DNA of 64,000 nt from contig NC_042998.1 of NCBI RefSeq assembly GCF_006345805.1, forward strand, positions 191,456,001-191,520,000, given 5' to 3'. The notes beneath the pieces were generated by a model. That model was not told the origin of the DNA. It saw only the letters and a list, made by a program, of their open reading frames with translations, and searched no databases. The DNA is from Octopus sinensis (taxonomy: Eukaryota). Positions 38,179 through 51,894 of the stretch are shown here, piece after piece (within the stretch, counting starts at the first letter, position 1; each line of letters opens with the position of its first letter). The position numbers and the translations under genes are program-made.

Positions 38179-38334
38179 ATATATGTATATATATATGTAT
38201 GTATGTTATATATATATATGTATATATATATATGTATGTATGTATATTATATATATAATATGTATATATATATGTATATATGTATGTATGTATATTATAT
38301 ATAATATATTATATATATATATATATATGTATAT

Positions 38335-38381
<47 letters not shown>

Positions 38382-38470
38382 TACATATATGTACAAATAC
38401 ATTTTTAGGCATTAATATATATGATTTAGAGATATGTGCGTGGTGAGTGCTTGCTGTGTGTATCTGTGTT

Positions 38471-38526
<56 letters not shown>

Positions 38527-38905
38527 AGAGAGAGAGGGGGAATGAGAGAGTATGATGGGAGTAAATAGTCTGAGAATGCCTGCGTTTGTGAAATATTGTT
38601 CCTGTATCGGAAGTGGAATCACTATTTTCATTTCCTTTATGAAATGACATTATCTTCAGATAAGTAATTTCACTGGTTTAAATGCGCATATACGCATATT
38701 TCAAATTATCTATTACACACCACGTAAGCATACACACACACAGGCACATACTCACACTCACACAGACACAGACACACAGACACACAGACACAGACACACA
38801 CAGACCATTTCTTACTCTCGCGCAAACATGCACACCTGTATGTATATACATATTCATATTACTGCTCACGCTCAATAAGAGACGTTTGATTACAGTGATG
38901 GAGAG

Positions 38906-38938
<33 letters not shown>

Positions 38939-38964
38939 TACATACAGACAGATAGACAGACAGA

Positions 38965-39643
38965 GAAAGAAAGAAAGGGAAAATAAAGACAGAAAGAAAG
39001 ACAGAAATAAAGAAGGAAAAGAAAAAAGAAAGAAAGAACGAAGGAGAAAGAACGAAAGAAAGAAAGAACGAAAGAAAGAACGAAAGAAAGAAAGAACGAA
39101 AGAAAGAAAGGAAGAAAGAAAGAAAGAACGAAAGAACGAACGAAAGAAAGAACGAAAGAAAGAACGAAAGAAAGAACGAACGAAAGAAAGAACGAAAGAA
39201 AGAACGAACGAAAGAAAGAACGAAAGAAAGAACGAACGAAAGAACGAACGAAAGAAAGAACGAAAGAAAGAACGAACGAAAGAAAGAACGAAAGAAAGAA
39301 CGAACGAAAGAAAGAACGAAAGAAAGAACGAAAGAAACAAAGAACGAAGAAAGAAGAAAGAAAGAAAGAACGAAAGAACGAACGAGAAAAGAACGAAAGA
39401 AAGAACGAAAGAAAAACGAACGAAAGAAAGAACGAAAGAAAGAACGAACAAGAAAGAAGAAAGAAGAAAACGAAAGAAAGAACGAACGAGAAAGAACGAA
39501 AGAAAGAACGAACGAAAGAAAGAACGAAGAAAGAACAACGAAAGAAAGACGAAAAGAAAGAACGAAAGAAACAAAGAACGAAAGAAAGAAAGAAAGAAAG
39601 AAAGAAAGAAAAAAGAGAAAAGGAAAGAAAGAAAGAAAGAAAG
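38965..39643. repeat. Compound (GAAA/GAAC)n purine-rich array
   Basis: Direct reading. It explains the 328-aa K/E/R-rich and 298-aa F/S-rich ORFs. Confidence 0.95.
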
Positions 39644-40294
39644 ACTTAGTCAGAAAATTTTTTTATGAAAATGATTGAGTGAGACAAAAATTTAGTGAAC
39701 ATGATTGAGTGAGACATAAATTTAATGGTAAAGAGATAGCGAACAATAAGGAAAGTAGAAAAAAGAGAGATAATTTCACGTTCTCCGTCATTTCTGTTGA
39801 CAGGCGCAAAATTGACAGTTGACAAAGAGAAAAGGGGTGTGCAATATGACCTGTTGGATCTCCCGCTAGACTTGTGAGATTGATGAGATCCATCTTATTC
39901 ATGAACCTCCTTAAGTGTAATATATGCAATCCCCATCCCCACGAAATAATACATGTGAAGAGACGGGGGGGGAGAACAATTCGGTCAAAATGTTTTCAAA
40001 TTCAGCAATAGTCCATCGAATACCATTGTGACTGAGTGACTGATTAATACCAGGTGAGGATGGAAGAGGGCAGCGAAAAGCACAGCATTCCTACAAATAT
40101 TTCATTTTTAGAGCTCAGAAGCTCAATGTGTCCTTAAGAGATATTTGGCTGCTATTTCTAGTAGGTTGTGTTCAAAGCACATCTCAATCTCACGGATGTA
40201 CATTTAATTTGATACGCGACTGTTTTCGAAACACCATTCGCTTTTTCATGGTCATTGTTGATAAAAGCGCGCGCACGCACACAAAGACAGACAT

Positions 40295-40345
<51 letters not shown>

Positions 40346-40472
40346 GTGTCAGGGAAAAAGAGCTATGTTCTAGATTGCAAAAGACCATACAAACAAGTTA
40401 TGCATACGCACATACACAAACAACACATATATAAATGATATATACATATATATATAATGTTTGATATTTACG

Positions 40473-40521
<49 letters not shown>

Positions 40522-40584
40522 TATATATATAAATATATATATATATTATATATATATATATATATTTATATATGTGTGTGTGTG

Positions 40585-40790
40585 TGTATCTGTGTTTGTT
40601 CCCCCACCATCACTTGACAACCGATGTTAGTGTGTTTACGTCCCCATAACCTAACGTTTCAGCGAAAGTGACTTTTTAGAATAAGTACTAAGCTTACAAA
40701 GAATAAGTCATGTGGGCGAATTGTTCGACTAAAGGCGGTGCTCCAGCATGGCAGCAGTCAAATCACTGAAGCAAGTAAGAGAATAAAAGA
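40585..40790 (+). mobile_element. SINE family B 3' half
   Basis: CTTGACAACCGATG...GCTTACAAAGAATAAGTC...AAAGGCGGTGCTCCAGCATGG. Confidence 0.8.
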
Positions 40791-41030
40791 ATATATATAT
40801 ATATAAGAACTAGTGGTCGAGGTGTACGTAGACAATGAGCTTCAATTAATCGTAGTACATATATAAAACAACTTCCATGGACAATAGTGGTTTATTGAGA
40901 CGGAATGTTGTGGATTTTTTCGTATTGAAGTACGATAAACTCTTCTTTATATATTTCATGATAGACGACCAGGTTTGCTGTGTGTGCGTATAAGAATACA
41001 AGAGTTTAGGATTTGATTAGAAAAGATCCG

Positions 41031-41100
41031 GACTACATATGTTCCATAGCGAGAGGAACCTCAGAAATGGTAAATATCTTAGCATGCTACTCTTCAGGTC
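41031..41100 (-). ncRNA. Type-I hammerhead, probably inactivated copy
   Basis: GAC-CUGAAGA-GUAGC...GCUAU-GGAA-C-AUAU-GUA/GUC. The core GAAA is mutated to GGAA. Confidence 0.55.
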
Positions 41101-42219
41101 AAGAATATTTTGATTAAATGAAAGTTTACATTGTCGCATGGAAGATTCAATCAGAATATGTCGAGAGCACAGTAGGAAAGGAGAATATATGTAGAGAGAT
41201 TAAAAGGAATAAAGGAAGGAAAAAAATTTTAAAATATAAGGGATTGGGAGGAATGAAGAATTTAAGCAAGGTCATTTGACCGGTAGTATTCAATGGGGCT
41301 GTGGTCCATAGTCACACTGCAGCAAGCCTTACAGCAGCTATAATAGCAAATGCGGTATCTGCATAGCCGTGGTCTTAGCTATTTTGCAATCCACGGAATG
41401 TTTTAATGAACGCAGTACTATAACTTTTACCTGTAAACATAGATCACTGAATCTATTCTCGAAATACAAATAACAACACCACTTCGCCTTTCATCAAAGC
41501 TTCATAAATTTTCCTTCTTATCTACCCTCACTACCATTATATATTGAAGCAACAATATATCTTCCCTTTAATTCTTTATTGTCATACCATTAAAAAAAAT
41601 GATTTTCTCTCATTTCACCTGCCTCCATCCTACCCCCTCCCTACGTAAACTTAAAAGTACATACGCCAATATATATATCTGCTACTTCATAATGTAAACG
41701 CACTCACCACAAACAATATACATTCCTCAATTGAAAATCAGTAGTAAGCTGCCACCATTCTTCCCCGTTCTATCTCGCTTTGTTCTTGTATATATATTTT
41801 TCTCCCCCGTGACCAAAATCATCCCCTCTCCCTGTTCCCTCCGCAGTATATTTTCCTAATACCACTCCTCTTGTTAATTCCTGTGATTCGGCCAAACTGC
41901 CCTATTGAACATTAACGGTCAAATGATCGTACTTAAATTCCTCTCTCTTGCTTTCATCATGATTACCTTTTTCTCTTCTTTGATAAAAAAATATCTGAAC
42001 ATTATCTTTTTCTCAAATACCACTGCACTTGCTAATTCCTGTGATTTGGCCAAAATAGCCTCACTCCCTTGTATTTTTCTTTTTTCCTTCTTTCAATCCT
42101 TATTTATTTCTACATTTATATTCTCTTCTATTGTGCTCTATACACCTGATTGAATCTGCCATGTATTAACATGTACCTCCTTGCGACAATGTAAACTTTC
42201 ATTTAATCACGATATCCTT

Positions 42220-42303
42220 GGCCTGAAGAATACCCTATAGTATACACTTCGATTGGATATTCACCACTTCTGAGGTTCCGCTCGCTATGAAACATATGTA
42301 GCC
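42220..42303 (+). ncRNA. Type-I hammerhead ribozyme with extended helix II
   Basis: GGC-CUGAAGA-AUA...(59 nt)...UAU-GAAA-C-AUAU-GUA/GCC: intact core, palindromic ACAUAUGU helix III, predicted cleavage after 42300. Confidence 0.68.
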
Positions 42304-42335
42304 CGAATTTTATCTACTCCATTACTTAACCCTTG

Positions 42336-42384
<49 letters not shown>

Positions 42385-44168
42385 TGTCTAACAAAAATAA
42401 ATACATAGAAAATTGTATCAAAGTTTACTTACGTTGTCTATAAGGCAAGTTCGTGCAAGGATATATATTCTAAAATGGTGATTCATTTTAGCAACATAAC
42501 ATATTTATGTGATATATGCCAAAGTTTCCTTCTCGGAACAAGATATTTCAGCATTTAACGCCCAATATTTTTCCATCATACCAAAAATAAGATTTTCCAA
42601 GAACTGTTTCATATCTATGATCTGTATTCATTAGATTCTGTTGACGGTACCTCAAGATAATAAGCGTTTAACTAACACAGGTTCCGGTTAGGGTTCAGTT
42701 CATAATACTTTTGTTTTATTTCGATTGTTCCATTAATGAACTAGGGGAATCGTAAAAGCAATTTCTCCATTACAAGATACTCTGAGTTCAAAAGAGTAGA
42801 TCACACATTGTTGGATAGCTCTGATCACGAAATTTCAAGCAGATGACTATATTTATCACCGATAAATATATTACTCCTATGTATTGTTATACTCTTTAGA
42901 AAAATCAAAGGTAAAAGCAACCATCACGATACATTATAGCTGTAGGCAACGATATTAACTTTTTCCGATATGTTATGGAATAAATCAGTATTCAGTATAT
43001 TTGCAGGAAAATTCTAAAGTGCATATGCTAGAACATATTTTATCACAATGTACCATTCATCTTATTGTACCTGCCACAGTAATCTCAATCATGTATCACA
43101 ACTATAACTAATACATGATTTATATTGAAACAAGACTGACCGATATACGTCGATAATATATTTAGATTCTGTCAACTATGCTTAATTATAATTTAAGCAC
43201 ATTCTTATAATAGTGGTTCCTCTACTGGATTACGATCGGTGTTATATTTTCATTAAATTTCATCCCATCGACATCGATTTATAGCTTACTATGTGAAATA
43301 AGCTATCCTTAAAAATATATACGAATTCTTGTATAACTCTGATGGTGTTATCATGTCCACGCTTATAGGATATCTGCATTTTATATATTTATATCATACA
43401 CTTTATATTGTATATGTATCGTTCCATCAAGAAATACAGTAGTTTATTTTATATGCGTTCACAAAGTTTTAGCAGCGATAAAATTATATTGGATTAGTGA
43501 TAGCAAAAAAGCGTTTTATCGAACAAGCCGAGTATTAACACAGATATGAAGAATTTTGTTTCCCAGTTACGCCGATTTTATACGTGTGTACCTTTAACAA
43601 AGGGAAGTTTTTGTGAGTATGCAACGTATAAAATTTCAGATAATAGAGAATATATTGACAAGGAAGAAGTGTGTGGAAAGGGAGCTACATGTAAATAACA
43701 AACCAAACATGGTTGCTTTGGAGATAGTCAACTTGTAATCTGTGACAATCACTCTTCTGTCATCGATTTCGTTACCAAGCGTTGGACACGAAATTTCTAT
43801 AAATACCGAATTAGTTTAAAAAAAATGATTGGAACAAGTATTTTGAAACAAGCAAGCATCAATTTTGTGAGGATATTTATCGATCTATAGCTATAATACT
43901 TTAGGAATGCATGCATGAGGATGCAGATTTAATCAAATTTTATACATTAGGAGGACAGGTTACATTAACCAGTATGAAGACAAAAAAATCTCAATACATA
44001 ATTGGTAGTTTCAAATATATCTGCCTATCTATCTCTTACCTTCCCGAGCGTTAAACTAATACACCTGTTTGTTGTTTATACACCTGTCTTTGCCTTTTGC
44101 TTTTCTGTAAATTTCAACTATATATATATATATACATACATACATACATACACACACATAGACACACA

Positions 44169-44199
<31 letters not shown>

Positions 44200-44200
44200 C

Positions 44201-44263
<63 letters not shown>

Positions 44264-44988
44264 ATGTACAATTAGATAAACGTTTGTAAATGGTCTTGTG
44301 GAGGAAAACCTGCGACTAACGATGCGAGACTTCACAAATAATATGACAAAATATATGAAAAGAAAGGATAGAATCCATAAAGCATGAAACACTAAAATCG
44401 AATCACACATCGTACTTAAAGACACCCGTCTTGCTTTCTTCGAGGGAGCATCTTAGATTGGCGACCGCTTACACGCTCGCAAGCCATAAGACATTGGGGA
44501 TACTTTGAGAAGACTTAACAGATTGTACAGAATATGTCTCCATTGTAGTGTGCACGATTATTTAGATGAGTTATAGACAAAACCATTATACATATGTAAC
44601 ATCAGTCGCTTACAGAAAAGCCAACATAAAGTCATATAAAAGACTATGAAGAAAATTAGAATGAAAAGATTTTAATTAATTAAAAGAAAAAACTATGACG
44701 CTATAGCAAAGTCATTTTCGTTCTCAATATATAATATACTACCAAAAAATAAATTGACGTCTGGCATAGATCTAAAACAGTTCAAGCCATTAAGATTTAG
44801 ACAGAAATTTTAAGAACGTACCTTCAACATGAATAAAAGCATAAAGAAAACGTAGACGTTTGGGGTAAATTTTCTAAAGTAGAAGTATTTCAATGAAAAT
44901 AAATATGTGAAAACATCACAAATGTCACGAACAGTTTTCTTAATGAGGCCATCATATTTTTAACGTTTTATTTAGTAGCACAAAGTGG

Positions 44989-45059
<71 letters not shown>

Positions 45060-45235
45060 ATATACATATATATATAAAAGTCAGGTCTTAATTTATATAT
45101 TTATATATGTACAAATCAAGTCTTAATATATATATATATATATATATACAAGGTCAAGTCTTAATTTGTCTAACCGAGGTTTTTATGCATTGAGAATAGT
45201 CAGGTAGTAATTAGAAGACACACACACGCACGCTC

Positions 45236-45272
<37 letters not shown>

Positions 45273-45378
45273 AACGACTCCCTTTTCTAATCACCTCTCA
45301 TCTGTTATCGACCAAAAATCAACAAAATTTCAACGCCTTACCCGATAACATTGTTCTGTCTAGCGGCGACAACAGCAA

Positions 45379-45461
<83 letters not shown>

Positions 45462-45506
45462 TAATAATAATAATAATAATAATGATAATAATAATAATTA
45501 TAATAA
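45379..45506. repeat. (TAA)n microsatellite
   Basis: Direct reading. Confidence 0.97.
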
Positions 45507-46689
45507 AGCTGCGGGGGCGTAATGAACAAACTTGAGGGACAAAACAAAACAGACGTGATCTCTATACTGAACGGGTGAGTCAAGATGGAAATGGAAAAAT
45601 ATATAAAAAGAAAAAGTAAGGAAGGCCTCGAAAAAATATTAAATAAATGACACATATATACATGCGTACACACAAAAATACGTACATACTACATATACGC
45701 ACAAACACAAATATTTACAACTCCACACGTACATGAATATAATGGAATATTCATTTTCCCTAGAGAAGCAATAATGCATTAATAATAGAAGATTTGTAAA
45801 ATAGATTAAATAAGTTAAGCCTTTCTCTAATAAAAAAAAAATCTCATATTTCGAAGTAGTACAACAATATTTAGTATCCAAATACAATTAAATGAATGTG
45901 ACACCAACGCAATGGATAGTGGTTGCCATTCGTAGGAAAGCAAATTCTCGTCAATGAATGCGCTTTACTATTTCGTCTGCTTCAGTATTAATTAAATAAA
46001 CTATATCTTGTCATAACAATGGAAGCATTCTTCCCAACGTCGTATTATATATTCCATTTCCTTGTGTACTAAGAGTGTTTGGGAAATTCATATTGTTAGA
46101 TGTAATACACATTCAATTGTAAGGCTACAATAAAGAGCTGCACTGCATATTTTGAAAAAGAATATCCCCATACACGCATATACACACGTACACGCACTTA
46201 TACATAAATGTATACTGTTCTGTAATTTTTTATAGTGAGTTCGTATGTATTTATATATATAATAAATGAAAAAGAAACAAATGATGAATTTGATACAGAT
46301 AAAGACGTTTATTGGAATTCGAGAAATGCTAGTTGATTATTAGCTATGTTTGCAACTGTTGCTACTATATTAGTTAAAGTACAGATGCGAATTACACTTA
46401 ACACCAAAGCTCTACCACTATGCAATAGTTGTCAGTTGTTAGAGCTTGCTGCCATATTTAAAAAAATTTAAATCTAAAATAAATATTGCTATTTTTATAA
46501 CAGAAATTTTGGAAGTAGGAAATAATGATAAATTTCTTTTTAACAAAATAGTTTATATTTGAACTAAGACGACAGAGAATAAACCTAAGGTACCTGTTAA
46601 TATTTGATTTATCGTAAAATTTGAGCTGAAGTTCCATTCGATTTGAGATACGAAGTAGATAGTTCAAGATCCTACTATCAAGAAATATG

Positions 46690-47905
46690 GTCGGCGAAGG
46701 AACAACCTCAGTAAAGGTCTAACAAAGCAACAAAATCAGCATCTGGACAACTCTGGACAAAAATACAAAAATACAGGGCACTGAACGGGACAAAAGAAAA
46801 GATCCATGGTGGAAAAGAAGAATACAGGCAGGGTTAGACATGCTCTCGAAGGAAATCTCTGTGTTAGACCGAAAAGAGAAAAGGAGGCTTAAAAGCAAAC
46901 AAAAATACATGGCGTTGAAAAGGAAGTATAATATTGAAAGAAATGGCCTGAAAGTAGTTACAGAGGAACAGAAACAGCAAAGATGGTAAGATACGACCTA
47001 AGAATGAAGGGATACCATGAGAATAGGTTATTCAGAGTAGATCAGAAGAAATTCTACAAAGAAATAAATGGAGAATGTACAGATGAAAAGCTGATACCAG
47101 ATAACATTGAAAGTCAAAGGTTTTCGAGTGACATCTGGAGCCAAGATAAAGAGCACAAGAAGGATGTTGAATGGTTGAAAGAACTGAAACAAACAGCAGT
47201 CTGTCCACAACAGGCAGAACCAATCATTTCAGTTAGGCAAGTGAAGGAAATCAGCCCCCCAAAAAAAAAAATGGGCAACAGAAGGCCCTGGGACCAGATG
47301 GAGTTCAAGGCTACTGAATCAAAAGATTTGGTGAATGTCAACATCTTGTTAAATACTGACCAGGTAGCGCCAGATTAGCTGGAAATGTGTAGGAGAGTGC
47401 TGTGTTTGCAAAACAGAGAAAAGGCAATGCGGTAGACAATGAGAGGCCGATATCCTGCTTGCCATTTATGTGGAAATTATTGACTGGGCTATTTGCAGAG
47501 TCCAATGTACGAACATCTGGAAAAAATGGAGTCCTGCCACATGAGCAGAAGGGTTGCAAGCGTAGGTGTAAAGATGCCAAGGATAAATTCCTGGTAGACA
47601 AATCTGCACTTAGAGATTGCAAGAGGAGGAAAACTATGTTAGCCATGGCATTGGTCAATTATCGTAAGGCATACGATATGATCCTATATTCTTGGATTGT
47701 GAAATGTATGAACCTATTTGGTATTGCATCGAATGTTGAGCGATTGCTTGGAAAAAGTATGGTGAATTGGAGGACTGAACTGACAGCGTATGGAAGTTTA
47801 GGGACAATAGAAATCAGGAGAGGCATCTTCCAAAGAGACTTTGTACAGTGTATGATACCACTAACAACACTGATTCTGACGAAAGCAAAGGCTGGGTATG
47901 TAAGC
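46690..47905 (+). mobile_element. R4/Dong-like (RLE-type) non-LTR retrotransposon remnant, RT N-terminal half
   Basis: PWWKRRI, NRLFRVDQKKFY, (K)[43 protein letters not shown]. Frameshifted and truncated before the YxDD motif. Confidence 0.85.
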
Positions 47906-47991
47906 TTTGTGACATATATATATATATTATAGAGAAAACAATTTGCTTTAAATCTCTGAGTGTGAGATATACAGTAGCAGTATCGAATAGT

Positions 47992-48267
47992 AAAGTTTAT
48001 ATACCAACAGAATGTGGCAGTCCTATAAAGGACGATGTTACTGATGTTTTAGCACCTGGAAAACATCTTTACCAGTTAGCCATCGACACACACAGTTTGT
48101 GTCCGTGTAGCATTTGCAAGGAAGGTCATTGCTCTAGAAATGGGGGCAATGACCTCCCTTGCAAATGCTATACGGTCACAGAGTGTGGAAAAGATATTCT
48201 GGTGCTAAAACAATAGTAACATTTATTCCTTTATAGGACTGCTACAGTCTATTGACATATAAACTTT
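47992..48267. repeat. ~275-bp fold-back palindrome (MITE-like)
   Basis: The left arm AAAGTTTATAT...GCAGTCCTATAAAGGA...TAGCATTTGCAAGGAAGGTCATTGC pairs with the right arm around a ~13-nt loop at ~48133-48145. Confidence 0.85.
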
Positions 48268-48983
48268 AATAAATTTTTAAAGTTATGCGAGAATTATGAA
48301 ATACCAGTAGAAATGACATTCTATATGCTAACAGCAGAAAAGATCTCCGAGAATGGCAAAAAAATGTCATGATTTAGGATATGCCAATAGGCAGAAACAC
48401 AAAGATTAAGGCAAAATCTAGCAGATATTGTCGTTAAGAATAGGTCAAAGAATAACTACCTTCTCCTAATCGATGTTTTTAATTTAATGCTTATCGCCAC
48501 TTGCATATGTCAAGATGCCATAGTGTTCTTTTTTTGTAATCGTTTTGTCAATTTTCTTTTCCTCTTTGCCAATTTTAAAAATACGTACAATTTATTTCCT
48601 TTCCTACGGGCGTAAATTTTGCTACAATCATTGTTGGATTCCCCTCCTACAGCATATGTATAAATTTTTAACATTTATAAATGTTAATCTGATGCAAAAA
48701 ATGACAAAATGTAAAGTATCCTCTCGCTAAACATAGAAATTACACAAGAAAAAAATTCTCATCTCTACGGGTAACTTATCCACAGTAACACAACACGCCA
48801 CACACACATGCATGCATGCAGATGCACACATACCCATGCAGATACACACAAACACACACACAACGCACACACATGCACACACGCTCTTATTCACATTCAC
48901 AAAATTTCCAATTTGGAAAGTATTCCGATACCTTTTACAGAAACTCACGTGCTCGCATAAGACACGTCCATCATAGGCATTTC

Positions 48984-49015
48984 CAATAATAATAATAATG
49001 ATAATAATAATAATA

Positions 49016-49056
<41 letters not shown>

Positions 49057-49062
49057 AATAAT

Positions 49063-49127
<65 letters not shown>

Positions 49128-49140
49128 TAATAATAACAAA
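48984..49140. repeat. Compound (TAA)n/(TGA)n microsatellite
   Basis: Direct reading. Confidence 0.95.
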
Positions 49141-49585
49141 TAAATAAATAAATAGATAACTGCTTAAATAAATAAATAAAAGTAATAATGTTAAAGAGAA
49201 TTAGGAAGAAGTAAGAATTAGATTCGAGATACAAGCAGAAAATAGACTAAGAGTCAATGCAATATACATTAATAGAAGTAAGACATGTACGAAAGAAGTT
49301 ATTTGGGGCAGGCGGTATGTTATTAAAGGTTCGTTAACAATGAACTGATGTCAAAATCAATACGTTTTGCTTTTAAAATAGCAAAAAAATCATTGTGAAT
49401 ATTGCTGAAATGGATACGAAAATTTTGAAGAGAATACATAAAACTGATAGATCACGAATTTAATGAAACTATGAGCATAAAATTCTGATCTAACTACCGC
49501 TCACTCCCTTTACATATTTATCAGGCGTTCTCTTTAGCCTTCGATCTCTCTCGTTCGCTCACTCTCTTTTTCCATTCTCCCCTTA

Positions 49586-49586
<1 letters not shown>

Positions 49587-49666
<80 letters not shown>

Positions 49667-49671
49667 GTCTG

Positions 49672-49720
<49 letters not shown>

Positions 49721-49758
49721 ATATATATATATCTATCTATCTATCTGTCTATCTATCT
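49587..49758. repeat. (TATC)n microsatellite
   Basis: Direct reading. Confidence 0.95.
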
Positions 49759-49999
49759 AACTTTCTACCAGTCTTTTTATCCAGTTATGTGGCACTTGGC
49801 TCTTTCCTATTTCTCTGTCTCTTTATCTTTCTCTCGTGCTGGGTAGGTGGCTGAGTGCTTGTTTGTTTCCTTGAGATTTACCTATCTTATCATAAAGGCT
49901 AACAATCCAGCGTGAAATACACACCAAGCATCATATATAATATACATATTATCTTTGTATGTATCTATATATATAATATATATAATACATATATATCTT

Positions 50000-50040
<41 letters not shown>

Positions 50041-50041
50041 T

Positions 50042-50097
<56 letters not shown>

Positions 50098-50559
50098 TAT
50101 CTTTGTATGTATGTATGTATGAATATATATATATATATATATAATATATATACATGTAGGTATGCATCTATGTATGCGTGTGTAAGTGTGTTATGTATTC
50201 TTATTCATTTATATCTAATCATTGTTCCTTTGTTCAATATTGAGTAATCATAAGACAGTACATATTTTATAAGGATATATGTGTGCTTGCGCGTATATAT
50301 ATATATATATATATATATGCACGTGCGTGTGTGTGCGTATGCATATATGACATATACAATAATATATACACACACATATATATATTTATGTATATATTTC
50401 GAGGTTCATTTACGACAAAGCATAAATCAAAACTTAGAAATATGTGTTCAGAATTTTTTTTATGTGATCCGTTTTATTTGCTAAAATAGGAATCAACAAC
50501 CTCTCAATCACAAAAGGTTTATTAAATACTACATGCAATGGTCATATTACCCTTGAATA

Positions 50560-50798
50560 TATCAATCACATCAGTTGCTATACTGCTCTGAATCTCAAAG
50601 AACACTAAGGAGTACAAAGAATATTGTGAGAACAGTAAAATATTGGGTTTAGAATGAAGCAGAGCTGATAAAGAAATCTTGTTAAAATACGAGAAAACTT
50701 GAAGCAAATGGTAAAATTTCATAGTAAATGAAAGGATATTAGGAATTTTGTGAGGATTGGATTTGGTGCCAAGATAGTACGTAGATGACATATCGATG
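50560..50798 (+). pseudogene. Penelope-like RT fragment
   Basis: EANGKI..MKG followed by R*YVDDISM immediately before 50799. Confidence 0.45.
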
Positions 50799-51595
50799 AC
50801 TAGCAGCATAGCCCGGCTTTGCCCGGGATTAAGTTTGGATTATCAAGCTAATCAAGTTCTTTAGTTCAAACTAAATTAAGTAACATCGACGTCAAATCTG
50901 GGCGAAATCCGTTGAAATTGGTAAACATTTGGCTGAAAATGAATTGCAGCCAACTTGATTGGGTAATTCCATAAGGGATCGGTTTGTCGATTTTTTTTTC
51001 GTTTTTGAAGAAATTAAAGTATTCAAAAATGCCATGAGTCCTACGCAATGCTGGCATCAAGTTTGAACAAATACATCAAAATTGGTGAAAGTTATGGTTG
51101 AAAATTGGGTGTAGACAATTTTATTGGGAAATCTTATAAGGAATCGGTTTATTGATTTTTTGTATCCAGATTAAATGGAAAACCCCATAAGGAATCAGCT
51201 TATTGATTTTCACTCCAAATAGGACTTCACCGAACACAATATTGCTGATTCAAAAACATCTATATTTATACTTTAAAGTTGGTATTTACACCCAACCCAA
51301 TTCTGCTGAATCAATGTCGAGACGGGAGCGCATGGGTTGGGAGTTTGATCGGCAGAGGTGATCAGGTTGCACAAGCCAGCCCTTTGAAAGCACCAGTTTT
51401 GGTTGAAAATTTATTTTTACTGCTATTCGCTGGTGCCTCTGGGGAAAATAAGTTGACGAAAATACAGCTGGGATCATGACGAATGTCCTCATAAAATTGG
51501 AGCGACATGCGTGCTAATTTGTGGACGTGCATAAATTACATTCACGTACACACACACACACACACACACACACATCTTCCCTTTTATATACAGAT
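50799..51595 (+). mobile_element. Non-autonomous Helitron/Helentron-like (Lep1/HINE-like) element
   Basis: 5' ACTAGC...CCCGGCTTTGCCCGGG hairpin, three internal CCATAAGG(G/A)ATC...GATTTT repeats, a (CA)n near the 3' end, and a terminal TTTTATATACAGAT. Confidence 0.6.
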
Positions 51596-51894
51596 GCACA
51601 TAGTAAGGTGTAAGATGAATAAAGGAAAATGTATCCAAAATCTAGTTTGTGGTAAAGTAAATCCAGGTTAGACCTGATGAAGCAGAGCTGAGACTAAACC
51701 AATTTTCGATCGAGGCATAAAATATCTAGGACTGCATTATCCATTGCGCCCTTGAATTTTAAGGTGGGATCTAAAGAAAATTTGGCAACTATTTCTCGCT
51801 GCTCGAGTGACCATGTAGAATCACCATGTAGAGGCTCCCAGTGGAAGTGCAAATATAGTTCGGGATGGACATCCAAACAGGCAAACCTATTCGA

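Larger units (their letters stand above)
40997..42337. mobile_element. 1.3-kb inverted repeat made of two outward-pointing retroelement-like 3' ends
   Basis: Arms ~40997-41308 and ~41890-42337 are diverged reverse complements (e.g. GATTAAATGAAAGTTTACATTGTCGCA is perfect). The right end abuts (TA)n. Confidence 0.75.

Noticed and set aside
38678-39668. 328-aa K/E/R-rich and 298-aa F/S-rich ORFs
   Set aside because: They are stop-free only because they span the GAAA/GAAC array.
40112-40260. Signal-peptide-like frame (IWLLFLVGCVQS)
   Set aside because: No in-frame ATG or convincing donor, and the frame runs into a (CA)n tract.
45379-49140. (TAA)n arrays on both sides of the R4/Dong-like remnant as its target site
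   Set aside because: Each array is more than 1 kb from the element, so there is no junction evidence.
51672-51705. CTGATGAAGCAGAGCTGAGACTAAAC
   Set aside because: No GAAA core or cleavage helix.
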